Positions 19,463-27,660 of a stretch of DNA of 64,000 nucleotides are shown one piece after another (the first letter of the stretch is position 1; every line of letters starts with the position of its first letter). A model generated the notes under the pieces. That model made no database searches. It was given only the letters and a program-made list of their open reading frames with translations, and was not told the origin of the DNA. Both the position numbers and the translations under genes were made by a program. The stretch is from IMG/VR virus record IMGVR_UViG_2902247982_000002, positions 18,319 through 82,318 of that record. One strand, given 5' to 3'. This stretch comes from a virus.

Positions 19463-19737
19463 GCTACGGAATCATTGTTCGTGATGCGGCGGGCCGCGTG
19501 ATCCTAGACACCAATCAGCGGATGGCGCGTTTGTTGGAAACCATCGAGACGGGGCGCTCCGCTGGCGCTCGCAGCTATGCGGTTGGCGGCGGGCAATTGG
19601 GCATGGCCGTCTGTGCGCCGTTGGACGTCTTCTACAACGGCCCGGCAATCTACCTATCAGGGAACACGATCAGCTGGGATTTCTCAACCAATCCAACCAC
19701 TGGATACTCAGTGAAGATTCTTGTTTGGGTGTACTGA
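19459..19737 (+). CDS. Small tail-tip associated protein
   Basis: ATGA overlap with J; YGIIVRDAAGRVILD motif. Confidence 0.7.
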   Translation: MSYGIIVRDAAGRVILDTNQRMARLLETIETGRSAGARSYAVGGGQLGMAVCAPLDVFYNGPAIYLSGNTISWDFSTNPTTGYSVKILVWVY

Positions 19738-20429
19738 TGACATACGGCTTCAAGGTAACGACGGACACCGGGATTGTTCAGGTCGACGACACGTTCGCCA
19801 ATTTGGCTTTGATCCAATCGGGTGACCTATCCCTAAGCCAGGAAGGCGACCAAATGAACATTCGGTATGGGACGCTGACTTTCACGGGAAGGGAGGCTCC
19901 AGTGGTTGCGATTCGGTCGTCTTATCCGGTTGGTTACAAGGCGGTCAACGTGTCTGGCAGCACCTGGGTATATCAGTTGGTGGCGGAATTGAAGTGGATG
20001 AATTCTACGCCGGTGCGATGGTATCTATTCGACCGGCCGCCACCGTTGACGAGTGGCTGGGGGATACGCGTGCGTGACGCTCAGGGACGGGAGGTTTTTA
20101 ACTCTGGCAACCGGTACATGCGCCCCAAGGCGTTCTACACGTTGCCCGCCGGCACGCCGGTCGACAACAACGCCCTGGTGGACCTGGGAGGGCTGCCATC
20201 CGGAACCTACGCGGCGATCCCTGCGACATGCAGAAATGCGGGGCTTGCCTATACCGTCTTCGACACCGCCAACGCGATGCGCCAGCTTGTAGACGGGGTT
20301 CAAGCCCTGTCTACGGGCGTACGTGTGGGCTGGGTCGCCATCAACGATCAGCCCTACGCGGGCGACGTTGGCTTTTACAGCGCCATCAGACCCGGATACG
20401 TCACGGTCGTGGATGTTGACGGCTACTGA
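19737..20429 (+). CDS. Tail-tip associated protein
   Basis: TGATG overlap; YGFKV..D.G and WGIRVRDAQGREVFNS motifs typical of post-J genes. Confidence 0.7.
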   Translation: MTYGFKVTTDTGIVQVDDTFANLALIQSGDLSLSQEGDQMNIRYGTLTFTGREAPVVAIRSSYPVGYKAVNVSGSTWVYQLVAELKWMNSTPVRWYLFDRPPPLTSGWGIRVRDAQGREVFNSGNRYMRPKAFYTLPAGTPVDNNALVDLGGLPSGTYAAIPATCRNAGLAYTVFDTANAMRQLVDGVQALSTGVRVGWVAINDQPYAGDVGFYSAIRPGYVTVVDVDGY

Positions 20430-20450
20430 CCCACTGATTTGAGCCAGCAC

Positions 20451-20475
20451 AGCCCGCCTCGGCGGGTTTTTTTTT
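20451..20475 (+). terminator. Intrinsic terminator before lysis cassette
   Basis: GCCCGCC-TC-GGCGGGT plus T run. Confidence 0.8.
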
Positions 20476-20497
20476 GTCCATATAACGGGAGGCAGCA

Positions 20498-20968
20498 ATG
20501 CGAACCCATCAAGGGAGTATGCGAATGGAACCGGGTTCCACTGGATTGGGAGGGTGGGCGGCCCTGAAGATCGCCTTGGCCTTCGGGCTGCCGGCGGCGC
20601 TCGCGGCGCTGTTGGGCATGCTCATCATGCCGCCGCGGTCGCCGCAGGAGTTCGTCAAGCGCACGATTTGCACCGTGTCGTGTTCGTTCTTCTTCGGACC
20701 ACTGTTGGCAATCGGTGTGCTGTCATGGCGGCCGTCGTTGATGGAGACGGCCCACTGGGTGGCGGCGCGCAGCGGGGGCGGTGAAGAAAAGCTACTTGCG
20801 CTGTTCTACGTGCTGGGGCCATGCATGCTGCTGGCTGGCCTTCCGGCTTGGTGGGTGTTGGGGGCGTACATGCGCTGGATGGCGAGCATGCGGCAAAAGG
20901 GGCTTTTGAAATGGCTCGCCGAGGTGCGGTCCAAGCTACTGGGCTTGCGGTCGGGCGGGGAGGGCTGA
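20498..20968 (+). CDS. Putative holin (alternative starts 20519/20525)
   Basis: About three hydrophobic segments, basic C-terminus, directly before lysin. Confidence 0.75.
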   Translation: MRTHQGSMRMEPGSTGLGGWAALKIALAFGLPAALAALLGMLIMPPRSPQEFVKRTICTVSCSFFFGPLLAIGVLSWRPSLMETAHWVAARSGGGEEKLLALFYVLGPCMLLAGLPAWWVLGAYMRWMASMRQKGLLKWLAEVRSKLLGLRSGGEG

Positions 20969-20970
20969 TC

Positions 20971-21462
20971 ATGGATCTCAAGACGATTACCACAACCGCG
21001 ATCACCCCGGCGCTGGCGCTGCTGCCGGCGCGTATGGATACGCCCGAGGCGCGCGTGATGCTGCTGGCGATCGGCCTGCAGGAAGGCCGCTTCGTGCATC
21101 GCCGCCAGATCGTCGGCCCGGCACGCGGCTTCTGGCAATTCGAAAAGGGCACGCGGCTGAGCCGCGGCGGCGTGTGGGGTGTATACCTGCACCAGGCCAG
21201 CAAGGACCGCCTGGCGGCGCTGTGCAAGGCCCGTAGTGTGGCTTGCGACCCGGATGCGATCTACGGCGCGCTGGAGTATGACGACGTGCTGGCCGCTGGC
21301 GTGGCGCGGTTGCTGCTCTGGACCGATCCGAAGGCGCTGCCGCCGGTCGGTGATACGCAGGCGGCCTGGGCGCTGTATCTGCGCACCTGGCGGCCGGGCA
21401 AGCCCAAGCCGGACAGCTGGCCGCCCCTTTACCGCCAGGCCGTCGCCGAGGTGCAGCCGTGA
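20971..21462 (+). CDS. Putative endolysin
   Basis: Between holin and spanins; LLAIGLQE...GPARGFWQFE lysozyme-like motif; paralogue at 61945. Confidence 0.75.
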   Translation: MDLKTITTTAITPALALLPARMDTPEARVMLLAIGLQEGRFVHRRQIVGPARGFWQFEKGTRLSRGGVWGVYLHQASKDRLAALCKARSVACDPDAIYGALEYDDVLAAGVARLLLWTDPKALPPVGDTQAAWALYLRTWRPGKPKPDSWPPLYRQAVAEVQP

Positions 21463-21920
21463 ACCCGATCCTGCGCATGGCGCCGCCCTGGATCGGCGGC
21501 GCGGCGGTGGTGATGGTGCTGGGAGCGGCGTTCGCGCTGAATGGCGCGCACCGGGAAACCGTCGGCGTCATCAAGGAGCGCGCCCGCGCTGAGGCCGCGC
21601 AGCGCGCCATCACAGAAGCCTACCAACTGGAGAAAGACCGTGCTGATGCCCAATACCGTGGTGCCGTGCTGGCGCGAGAGGCTGCGAAAGCTGGCCTGGC
21701 TGCTGCCCGTGCTGACCTTGACCGGCTGCTCCGCGCCGCCGGCCGTGATCCCGCGAATCCCCGAGCCGGCCGCCGACCTGATGAGACCGGCCCCGACTGG
21801 ATCGGAGGTTTTGCAGCGTGCTACGCGGAATATGGAGACCTGGCTGCCGACGCCGCAGGATGGGCCGACCAGGTGAACGGCCTGCAGGGCTATATCCGCG
21901 GCCTACGAGGCCGCCGGTAA
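21459..21920 (+). CDS. i-spanin (Rz-like)
   Basis: N-terminal TM segment then coiled coil; contains embedded lipoprotein ORF. Confidence 0.8.
   Translation: MNPILRMAPPWIGGAAVVMVLGAAFALNGAHRETVGVIKERARAEAAQRAITEAYQLEKDRADAQYRGAVLAREAAKAGLAAARADLDRLLRAAGRDPANPRAGRRPDETGPDWIGGFAACYAEYGDLAADAAGWADQVNGLQGYIRGLRGRR
21646..21876 (+). CDS. o-spanin (Rz1-like) embedded lipoprotein
   Basis: +1 frame inside Rz; lipobox LTGC then Pro-rich chain. Confidence 0.8.
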   Translation: MPNTVVPCWRERLRKLAWLLPVLTLTGCSAPPAVIPRIPEPAADLMRPAPTGSEVLQRATRNMETWLPTPQDGPTR

Positions 21921-21937
21921 GAGCAGCCCTGCCCGTA

Positions 21938-22429
21938 TTACATCAATGTGCCGGCGATGCCACCAACAATGCTGACTACCAGCGGGTGAGTAAGGAGCGC
22001 TTGCAGACGGGATTTCGCTTCGGCTTTCTCTTCCAGAGACGCCTGGGATTCATCAATTTGTTTGATCATCTCCTTCATGGCGAGCTCGAAATTCATCAGA
22101 TTGTGATTCCCCACTTGAATCCCTGTGGAGTTGTGGATGTTGACAGTTGGAGCCTTGAGAGAAGTTCGGGAAGGAATGGCGGTGGTCTTTTCTAGATCTA
22201 TTTTCCAAACCGGCTCATTGTCAAAGCCCGTTAGGAATGTTGCCAAGTGGACCAGATAAGACTCTTCGCGACCGCTTGGGAGCTTCCTCAAAATCGTGTC
22301 GCCTTCACTGACGTCAAACGTCTTGTCGAAAACCATAAGGGTTTTGCCAGTTAGGGCTCCCCGGAAAGGACCAGTACGCTGTCCACCGGTGTTTTGCACG
22401 TACACCTCGTCATTCGCCAAGTCATGCAT
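21938..22429 (-). CDS. Accessory protein with RHIM-like motif
   Basis: GGGAGG RBS before ATG 22429; lower GC than flanks; VNIHNSTGIQVGNHNLM motif. Confidence 0.8.
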   Translation of the reverse strand: MHDLANDEVYVQNTGGQRTGPFRGALTGKTLMVFDKTFDVSEGDTILRKLPSGREESYLVHLATFLTGFDNEPVWKIDLEKTTAIPSRTSLKAPTVNIHNSTGIQVGNHNLMNFELAMKEMIKQIDESQASLEEKAEAKSRLQALLTHPLVVSIVGGIAGTLM

Positions 22430-22490
22430 TTCGACCTCCCGAAGTATTAGAGTGCGAACTGTGCCATGTAGATCGGAAAAAATCACGCGA

Positions 22491-22784
22491 CTATCTTGGC
22501 CCCATCCCCTTGCGTAGCTTGCGCGGCTCTTCCAGCAGCTCGGCCACGTCCTGGTCGCGCTCGATGACGCAGGGTTCCTCGGCCAGGCCGGCGATCAGGT
22601 CATCGTAGATCTGGCCCATCAGGCTGGGCGGCCGCTTCAGGTCGCCAGATACCTGGTGCAGGCGCAGCAGCACCGAGCGCAGGCGCTTGACCTCCCACAG
22701 CAGGGCGATCACATCGGGGTTCCAGGGCTGGCGCTCGCGGATGGCGCGCAGCTGCTCGGCGGAGAGAGGGTTGCGGAAAGGCAT
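22491..22784 (-). CDS. Conserved small hypothetical protein, LexA-boxed
   Basis: Close paralogue at 63120-63413 (DVIALLWEVKRLRSVLL). Confidence 0.8.
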   Translation of the reverse strand: MPFRNPLSAEQLRAIRERQPWNPDVIALLWEVKRLRSVLLRLHQVSGDLKRPPSLMGQIYDDLIAGLAEEPCVIERDQDVAELLEEPRKLRKGMGPR

Positions 22785-22795
22785 GGCTAAAAATA

Positions 22796-22811
22796 CTGTA
22801 TGGACATACAG
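22796..22811. promoter_or_regulatory. LexA (SOS) box
   Basis: CTGT-ATGGACAT-ACAG matches CTGT-N8-ACAG; 11 bp upstream of ATG 22784. Confidence 0.85.
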
Positions 22812-22871
22812 TGTAATCAAGCCTAGAATTCGCGCAATTCGGCCCCGATTTCGGCCGTAAGGGGACGGAAC

Positions 22872-23066
22872 ATGGTGGACGTGGCGGACTGGCAGCAGCG
22901 TGACGAATACTACTGGGCAGGGCCCGGCGGCTGGACCATCTGCCGAGTGTTCGCACAGAACCGCTGGCAGTACGAGGTGTGGGCCGCGAACGGCACGCGC
23001 CACGGTATGGAGCCGTCCCTGGCCAGCGCGATCACACTCTACGACAAGGTCAAGCCGGCGTCATAG
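22872..23066 (+). CDS. Small Trp-rich hypothetical protein
   Basis: AAGGGGA RBS; divergent from the LexA-boxed gene. Confidence 0.6.
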   Translation: MVDVADWQQRDEYYWAGPGGWTICRVFAQNRWQYEVWAANGTRHGMEPSLASAITLYDKVKPAS

Positions 23067-23742
23067 GCTCGACAGGTTCGACGGCGTCGGGGAGCTTGTA
23101 CTTGGAATTGCCCACTTCCTGACGCACGGGGTGCCAGGTAAAGGCGGTTTCTGGCAGCCCTTGAGAGAGCAGCGCGACCGCCTGCGCAGTGGGTAGGTCG
23201 GGTTCCAGCCATTGCAGCGCCAAGTCGGGAGGTAGCGCCACCGGCCGGCGGTCGTGAACGTCGATCATTCCGCCTGCGGCGTCGTTGGTGACGATGGCGA
23301 AGCCGTGGGCCTCGTCCTTTTCGGCGTCCGGCTGCCAGTTGCTCAGGCCGGCGAAGAACAAGGGCGCATTGTCGGTGGCGTGGATGTAGTAGGGCTGCTT
23401 GGGCGGCTTCGGCCCATCGGCCAGGGGCTTCCATTCATACCAGCCGTCCGCCGGCACGAGGATGCGGCCGCGCCCGGTGAGCATCTTCCAGGGCCACGCG
23501 CCGGCCGGGATCTTGTCCAGGCGGGCATTGGACATCAGGTACTTGGAATTGTTGGGGCGCCATCCCCATGGCAGGCGGTCGACCTCGAACTCGCCCGCAA
23601 GCTGGTGCATTGCCAGCGGCTGCCTACCAGGCGGGATGTTGTAGTCCGGCCCGGCCGGGTCGGAGAAGATCCGGCGGGGATTGGGGAACAGGCGCTCCAC
23701 GTAGTCCATGGGGCCTGACTTCTGGACGATGCGACCGCACAT
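23050..23742 (-). CDS. SOS response-associated peptidase (SRAP/HMCES family)
   Basis: N-terminal MCGR, NAR, PADGWYEW, HDRRP motifs. Confidence 0.92.
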   Translation of the reverse strand: MCGRIVQKSGPMDYVERLFPNPRRIFSDPAGPDYNIPPGRQPLAMHQLAGEFEVDRLPWGWRPNNSKYLMSNARLDKIPAGAWPWKMLTGRGRILVPADGWYEWKPLADGPKPPKQPYYIHATDNAPLFFAGLSNWQPDAEKDEAHGFAIVTNDAAGGMIDVHDRRPVALPPDLALQWLEPDLPTAQAVALLSQGLPETAFTWHPVRQEVGNSKYKLPDAVEPVEPMTPA

Positions 23743-23801
23743 GACGCGCTCCTGACCAGGTGGGAAGGTCCAGTATAGGTTCGGCGCTCGGATCCCAAAC
23801 G

Positions 23802-23835
23802 AAAAAAGGCGGAAGGGCTCATGGCCCTCCCGCCT
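23802..23835 (-). terminator. Terminator-like hairpin left of att
   Basis: AGGCGGAAGGGC...GCCCTCCCGCCT imperfect stem preceded by an A run (T run on minus strand). Confidence 0.55.
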
Positions 23836-23888
23836 GAATGACAACATACGGACAACATGAGGCCGCAAAGCCGCATGAACACTGGATT

Positions 23889-23920
23889 GTGTAGGGGTTC
23901 GAGTCCCCTCCTTCGCACCA
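23889..23920 (+). other. att core: 3' end of a tRNA (likely tRNA-Leu)
   Basis: GTGTAGGGGTTCGAGTCCCCTCCTTCGCACCA = T-arm, 3' acceptor strand and CCA; no 5' half upstream; integrase 140 bp downstream. Confidence 0.88.
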
Positions 23921-24060
23921 ACTTATTGAAAACCGTTGATCGGCTAATATCAAAGCCTTTCAAATCAACGGTTTGGCGGGATGAGTGGGTGATCGGTTGA
24001 CTGCTAAAAAGCAAGAATTCGCAGTCTCCGGCCCCATCCAGGCCCCGGCCTCGGCCCCAG

Positions 24061-25044
24061 ATGGCAAGCATCCAGAAGACAGCAAAGGGCTACCGCGCCC
24101 AGATCAAGCTGGCGGGCGTCCGCGACAGCGACACCTTCCCCACGCGCCGGGAGGCGGTCGAGTGGGCGGCAAAGCGTGAGGCGCAGATCCGCGACCACGC
24201 CACAAAGCCGGCCGGCGACCTGCATACGCTGCGCCAGGCGTTGCGAAAATACAGCGATGAAGTGTCCCCGCATCGGAAGGGGGAGCGGTGGGAGCAGGTG
24301 CGCCTGGCTGCCTTCGAAAGTTACGAGCTCCCGCTGGATCTGCCCATGTCCAAGGTCACGGCCCAACACGTCGCCGCGTTCCGGGACGACCGCGCCAAGA
24401 GAATAGGGCCGTCCTCGGTGCTTCGTGAATTGAGCCTGCTGGCCTCCGTATTCGAGGCGGCCCGGCTCGAATGGGAATGGGTGCAGGTCAATCCCTGCCG
24501 CGGCATCCGCAAGCCTGCCAAGGGCAAACACCGCGACCGAGTGATCGCAATGGGGGAAGTGCGGGCGATGCTGCGCGAGATGGGCTACCGGCGCCGCGGG
24601 CGAGTGGCCAGCACCGGGCAGGCGGTGGCCAACTGCATGCTGCTGGCGCTGCGCACCGGCATGCGCGCCGGCGAGCTGTGCGGGCTGACGTGGAAGAACG
24701 TGCACGAGCTGCACGTGCACCTGCCCGACACGAAGAGCGACCGGCCGCGCGATGTGCCGCTGTCGACGCGGGCGCGCGCCATCCTGGCGCGGATGAAGGG
24801 CTGGGACGACGAGCTGGTGTTCGGCCTCGCTTCGGCGTCCCTGGATGCCCTGTTTCGCAAGTACCGCAAGCGCGCCAAGCTGGAGGGGTTCACCTTCCAC
24901 GACACGCGCCACACCGCGGCAACGATGATCGCCAAGAAGATCGACGTGCTGGACCTGTGCAAGATGTTCGGCTGGACCGACCCGAAGATGGCCATGGTCT
25001 ATTACAACCCGCACGGGTCAAGCATCGCTGCGAAGCTGGGCTAG
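24061..25044 (+). CDS. int: Tyrosine integrase
   Basis: TGMRAGEL, TKS, FHDTRHT, YY catalytic motifs; adjacent to att. Confidence 0.95.
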   Translation: MASIQKTAKGYRAQIKLAGVRDSDTFPTRREAVEWAAKREAQIRDHATKPAGDLHTLRQALRKYSDEVSPHRKGERWEQVRLAAFESYELPLDLPMSKVTAQHVAAFRDDRAKRIGPSSVLRELSLLASVFEAARLEWEWVQVNPCRGIRKPAKGKHRDRVIAMGEVRAMLREMGYRRRGRVASTGQAVANCMLLALRTGMRAGELCGLTWKNVHELHVHLPDTKSDRPRDVPLSTRARAILARMKGWDDELVFGLASASLDALFRKYRKRAKLEGFTFHDTRHTAATMIAKKIDVLDLCKMFGWTDPKMAMVYYNPHGSSIAAKLG

Positions 25045-25260
25045 ATACCGCCGGATTTCGGCGCCGGTGATGCGCCCGTCGACAGGCCGAATCTTGCCTT
25101 CCTGAATGCGCTTTTTCAGCGTGTTGTAGCTGATGCCCAGGCGCTCGCAGGCCTCATTGAAGTGGTAGCAGACCAGGTCGTCGATCGCGTGATTGGCGCC
25201 CTGGCGCGCGGCCTCCACCAGCAGGCGCTGTAGCTCGTGTTGTTCGATGGTGATGACCAT
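25018..25260 (-). CDS. Excisionase-like HTH protein
   Basis: EACERLGISYNTLKKRIQEGKI HTH; convergent and overlapping with int. Confidence 0.7.
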   Translation of the reverse strand: MVITIEQHELQRLLVEAARQGANHAIDDLVCYHFNEACERLGISYNTLKKRIQEGKIRPVDGRITGAEIRRYLAQLRSDA

Positions 25261-25715
25261 CACATCTCCTTCTTGTCGGTGTCGGCTTGAGCGGCGCGGC
25301 GTCGCACCTCCCATTCCTTGTTGGTCATCGGCAGGCGCCCATTCAGCACATCCTCCGGCATAATCGGCGTCCTGCAATGCGGGCAGCATGGGGCCATGGT
25401 TCTGCTGCGCCATGCCTCGTCTATGCGCTTGGCAGCCCGGCTGGTGACCGTGTGGGCCGCATCCTGCCGCAGCCGCTCGGCCTTGGCCTCCAGATGGTGG
25501 TGGCGCTCGACAAGTTGCAGGAACGCGTCGAACGGCGCCACATCGGATTCGCAGTCCTGGCAATAGATGCGCCGCTCGTTGGTGTCGAATGCCAGCCGCA
25601 GATGCCGACAGGTGGAGACAGGCCGGCGCGACATGCCGCGAGCCACCCGCAGATCGCCAATGTCCACCACCTTGACGCCGTGCAGGTATTCCATGGGGAA
25701 GATCGGCTCAGCCAT
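25260..25715 (-). CDS. Hypothetical Zn-finger protein
   Basis: CRH..., CQDC and CCPHC motifs; coupled to neighbours. Confidence 0.7.
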   Translation of the reverse strand: MAEPIFPMEYLHGVKVVDIGDLRVARGMSRRPVSTCRHLRLAFDTNERRIYCQDCESDVAPFDAFLQLVERHHHLEAKAERLRQDAAHTVTSRAAKRIDEAWRSRTMAPCCPHCRTPIMPEDVLNGRLPMTNKEWEVRRRAAQADTDKKEM

Positions 25716-26061
25716 GGGCGCCTCCGTCGTCGGTGGGCTGGGCGGATGAGGACATCGCAGCCCCGATTTCAGCGGCGACCAGCACGACTGCGCGCCGAGC
25801 CCCGGCATATTCCCCTTGGTCTTCGGCTACGAATGGGACCTCGATCGTGCCCGTGAAACGCGGGTCTTGAGCAGTGACGACGGCGCGGTCGGTCTTGCGC
25901 TGAACCGTCATCCAAAGGCGGACAGCCAGACGCATCGCAGCCGCGTCGTCTTCCAGAGGGTTCCAGCCTTTCTCGACCATTTCGATATGCTGTTGTGGGA
26001 TGCTTGTGTGGCCGAGCGCGGCACGGGCAGCCAGTTCAAGCAATTCGCGGTCAGTTCGCAT
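25708..26061 (-). CDS. Hypothetical phage protein
   Basis: TDRELLELAARA...WNPLEDD..AMRLAV pattern; GGGAG RBS. Confidence 0.7.
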   Translation of the reverse strand: MRTDRELLELAARAALGHTSIPQQHIEMVEKGWNPLEDDAAAMRLAVRLWMTVQRKTDRAVVTAQDPRFTGTIEVPFVAEDQGEYAGARRAVVLVAAEIGAAMSSSAQPTDDGGAHG

Positions 26062-27046
26062 CTGTAGCTCCCTGGGTGGCAGAAAGGGCGGCGCGGGCAC
26101 GTTGGCCGCCATCTGTGTCCAGGGCGTTGCGCGCAGCATCGCCATCGGGGCCAAGCTTTCGGCAGCCGGCAACCTGTTCCGCGTACCAAGTCAGGGCCGA
26201 GTGAGCATCCCCGGCGCGCTCCTGGCGGTCGGCCAGGACGGCAGCGCGGGCGTAGGTTTGCATCTGCGACCCAGCAAACAGGGCATGGCCGCGATGTACA
26301 GGCGGCGATGGCAGCGGCGGCAGCACCACGTCATCCCCTCGACCTTGCAAATCCGTCGATCTGTCAACCGAACTTCCTTGCAGATTCGGCGATTTGTCAA
26401 CCGCGCCGCCCTTGTCCGCTTGGGGCTGCGATTGCAAGGCGTCTTGTATCAACGCAATGAGCATGTTGGGGCGGTCATGCTCGCTGGACAGCATCCACGC
26501 CTGGCACCGCACCAGCAGTTCCCGCAGCCGCAAGTCCTCGGCGCTGGCCTGGGGCGCGGCATAGACGGGCGCGGTGGCATCGCTGGTCGGCGTGTGATGG
26601 ATTGTTCCGAAGCAGGGGAGGCCACGCTGCCGGCATGCCAGATAGAGGCTATCGACATAGCCAATCGCCTCCCCGGCTACAGGGGCGCTTGCCATGTCCA
26701 CCGGGTCCACGGGCGTAATGGCGCCGTCCGGCTGTTCCTCCACCGGCCAGGGCTTGGGTATAGGGGCGCTTGCCAGGGCGGCGCGGCGGTGCATTTCGTC
26801 GTACATAAACTGGGCGGCGTTCCAGGTGGTGGCGCCGGGAATGCGGTTGCACAAACCCACGATTTGGCTGATCGTGGCGTTACGGTCCCGCTCGTCGGCT
26901 ACAGGGGCGCGCAGCTTGGACAGCCACAAGCGCATGCGTTCGACGCTGACGATGGCGGTAGGGCTGTCGCCGCAAACGTCGATAATGCCGCGCAGTTCAG
27001 TTGCGACGAAGTCCTGCTGCGCCGGGGCGGGGGTGTGGGTGGTCAT
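26051..27046 (-). CDS. Modular hypothetical early protein
   Basis: Coupled start; repeated APVA linkers. Confidence 0.65.
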   Translation of the reverse strand: MTTHTPAPAQQDFVATELRGIIDVCGDSPTAIVSVERMRLWLSKLRAPVADERDRNATISQIVGLCNRIPGATTWNAAQFMYDEMHRRAALASAPIPKPWPVEEQPDGAITPVDPVDMASAPVAGEAIGYVDSLYLACRQRGLPCFGTIHHTPTSDATAPVYAAPQASAEDLRLRELLVRCQAWMLSSEHDRPNMLIALIQDALQSQPQADKGGAVDKSPNLQGSSVDRSTDLQGRGDDVVLPPLPSPPVHRGHALFAGSQMQTYARAAVLADRQERAGDAHSALTWYAEQVAGCRKLGPDGDAARNALDTDGGQRARAALSATQGATDAN

Positions 27047-27660
27047 AGGTCCAGTTCCTTGTTGATCGGTGTGCCAGCGCTGCGAGCGATGGCCAGCAGC
27101 ACGTTGCGGAATTCGGGTGGCGTGGCGCTGGCCTCGCGGCGCGGCAACGTGGGTTTGTTGCGATGTTTGCCCCGCTGGTCGTGAAAGCCAACTTGGTGCG
27201 AGCCACGCGGTCGGTCCCAGCGAAGCTGCGGCGGTGGGTTGTTGCCGCAGTAGTAAAGCCACGTCGCCTTGTTGGCTCTATGCCCATATGCCGACTGCCA
27301 TACTTCGCATACCCAGCCGCCGGAAATGCAACGTTGCCAGCCGATTGCTGTGGGCCTTGTCAGCCCGTAGAAGGCAAATGCCCGACTCTTGGCGGGATGT
27401 TCCAGGACGCCGCCATATGCGCGAACAGAGCGCAGCGCGGCTTCAAAGCAGCCATGGTCATTGCCTGGGCGGTTGTGTTCGCCGCCCCAGCGGACAAAAT
27501 TGACGTTGGCCATGGCTCCCCACAATTGGCACGGTGGATGCGCGACAACAGGTAAATTCCCGGCGTACTTTCGCGCATCCCGCGGTTCGTCCCACGGGTC
27601 CACGCCAGGCACACCGAAGTAGGCGCCATCCGTCTCCACGAAAAGAGCGGCGACTTCCAT
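27043..27660 (-). CDS. DNA cytosine methyltransferase-like protein
   Basis: VAHPPC (motif IV-like), VLEHP (motif VI-like), YGH...KATWL, final TP..F helix. Confidence 0.6.
   Translation of the reverse strand: MEVAALFVETDGAYFGVPGVDPWDEPRDARKYAGNLPVVAHPPCQLWGAMANVNFVRWGGEHNRPGNDHGCFEAALRSVRAYGGVLEHPAKSRAFAFYGLTRPTAIGWQRCISGGWVCEVWQSAYGHRANKATWLYYCGNNPPPQLRWDRPRGSHQVGFHDQRGKHRNKPTLPRREASATPPEFRNVLLAIARSAGTPINKELDL

Larger units (their letters stand above)
1..23920 (+). mobile_element. Prophage 1, lambda/HK97-like siphovirus, late region and right end (left part outside window)
   Basis: Contiguous terS-terL-portal-protease-capsid-neck-tail-lysis order ending at a tRNA 3' fragment. Confidence 0.93.

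Noticed and set aside
23840..23920. Intact tRNA gene
   Set aside because: Only the T-arm and 3' acceptor strand exist; no matching 5' GCGAAGG strand, D-arm or anticodon arm upstream
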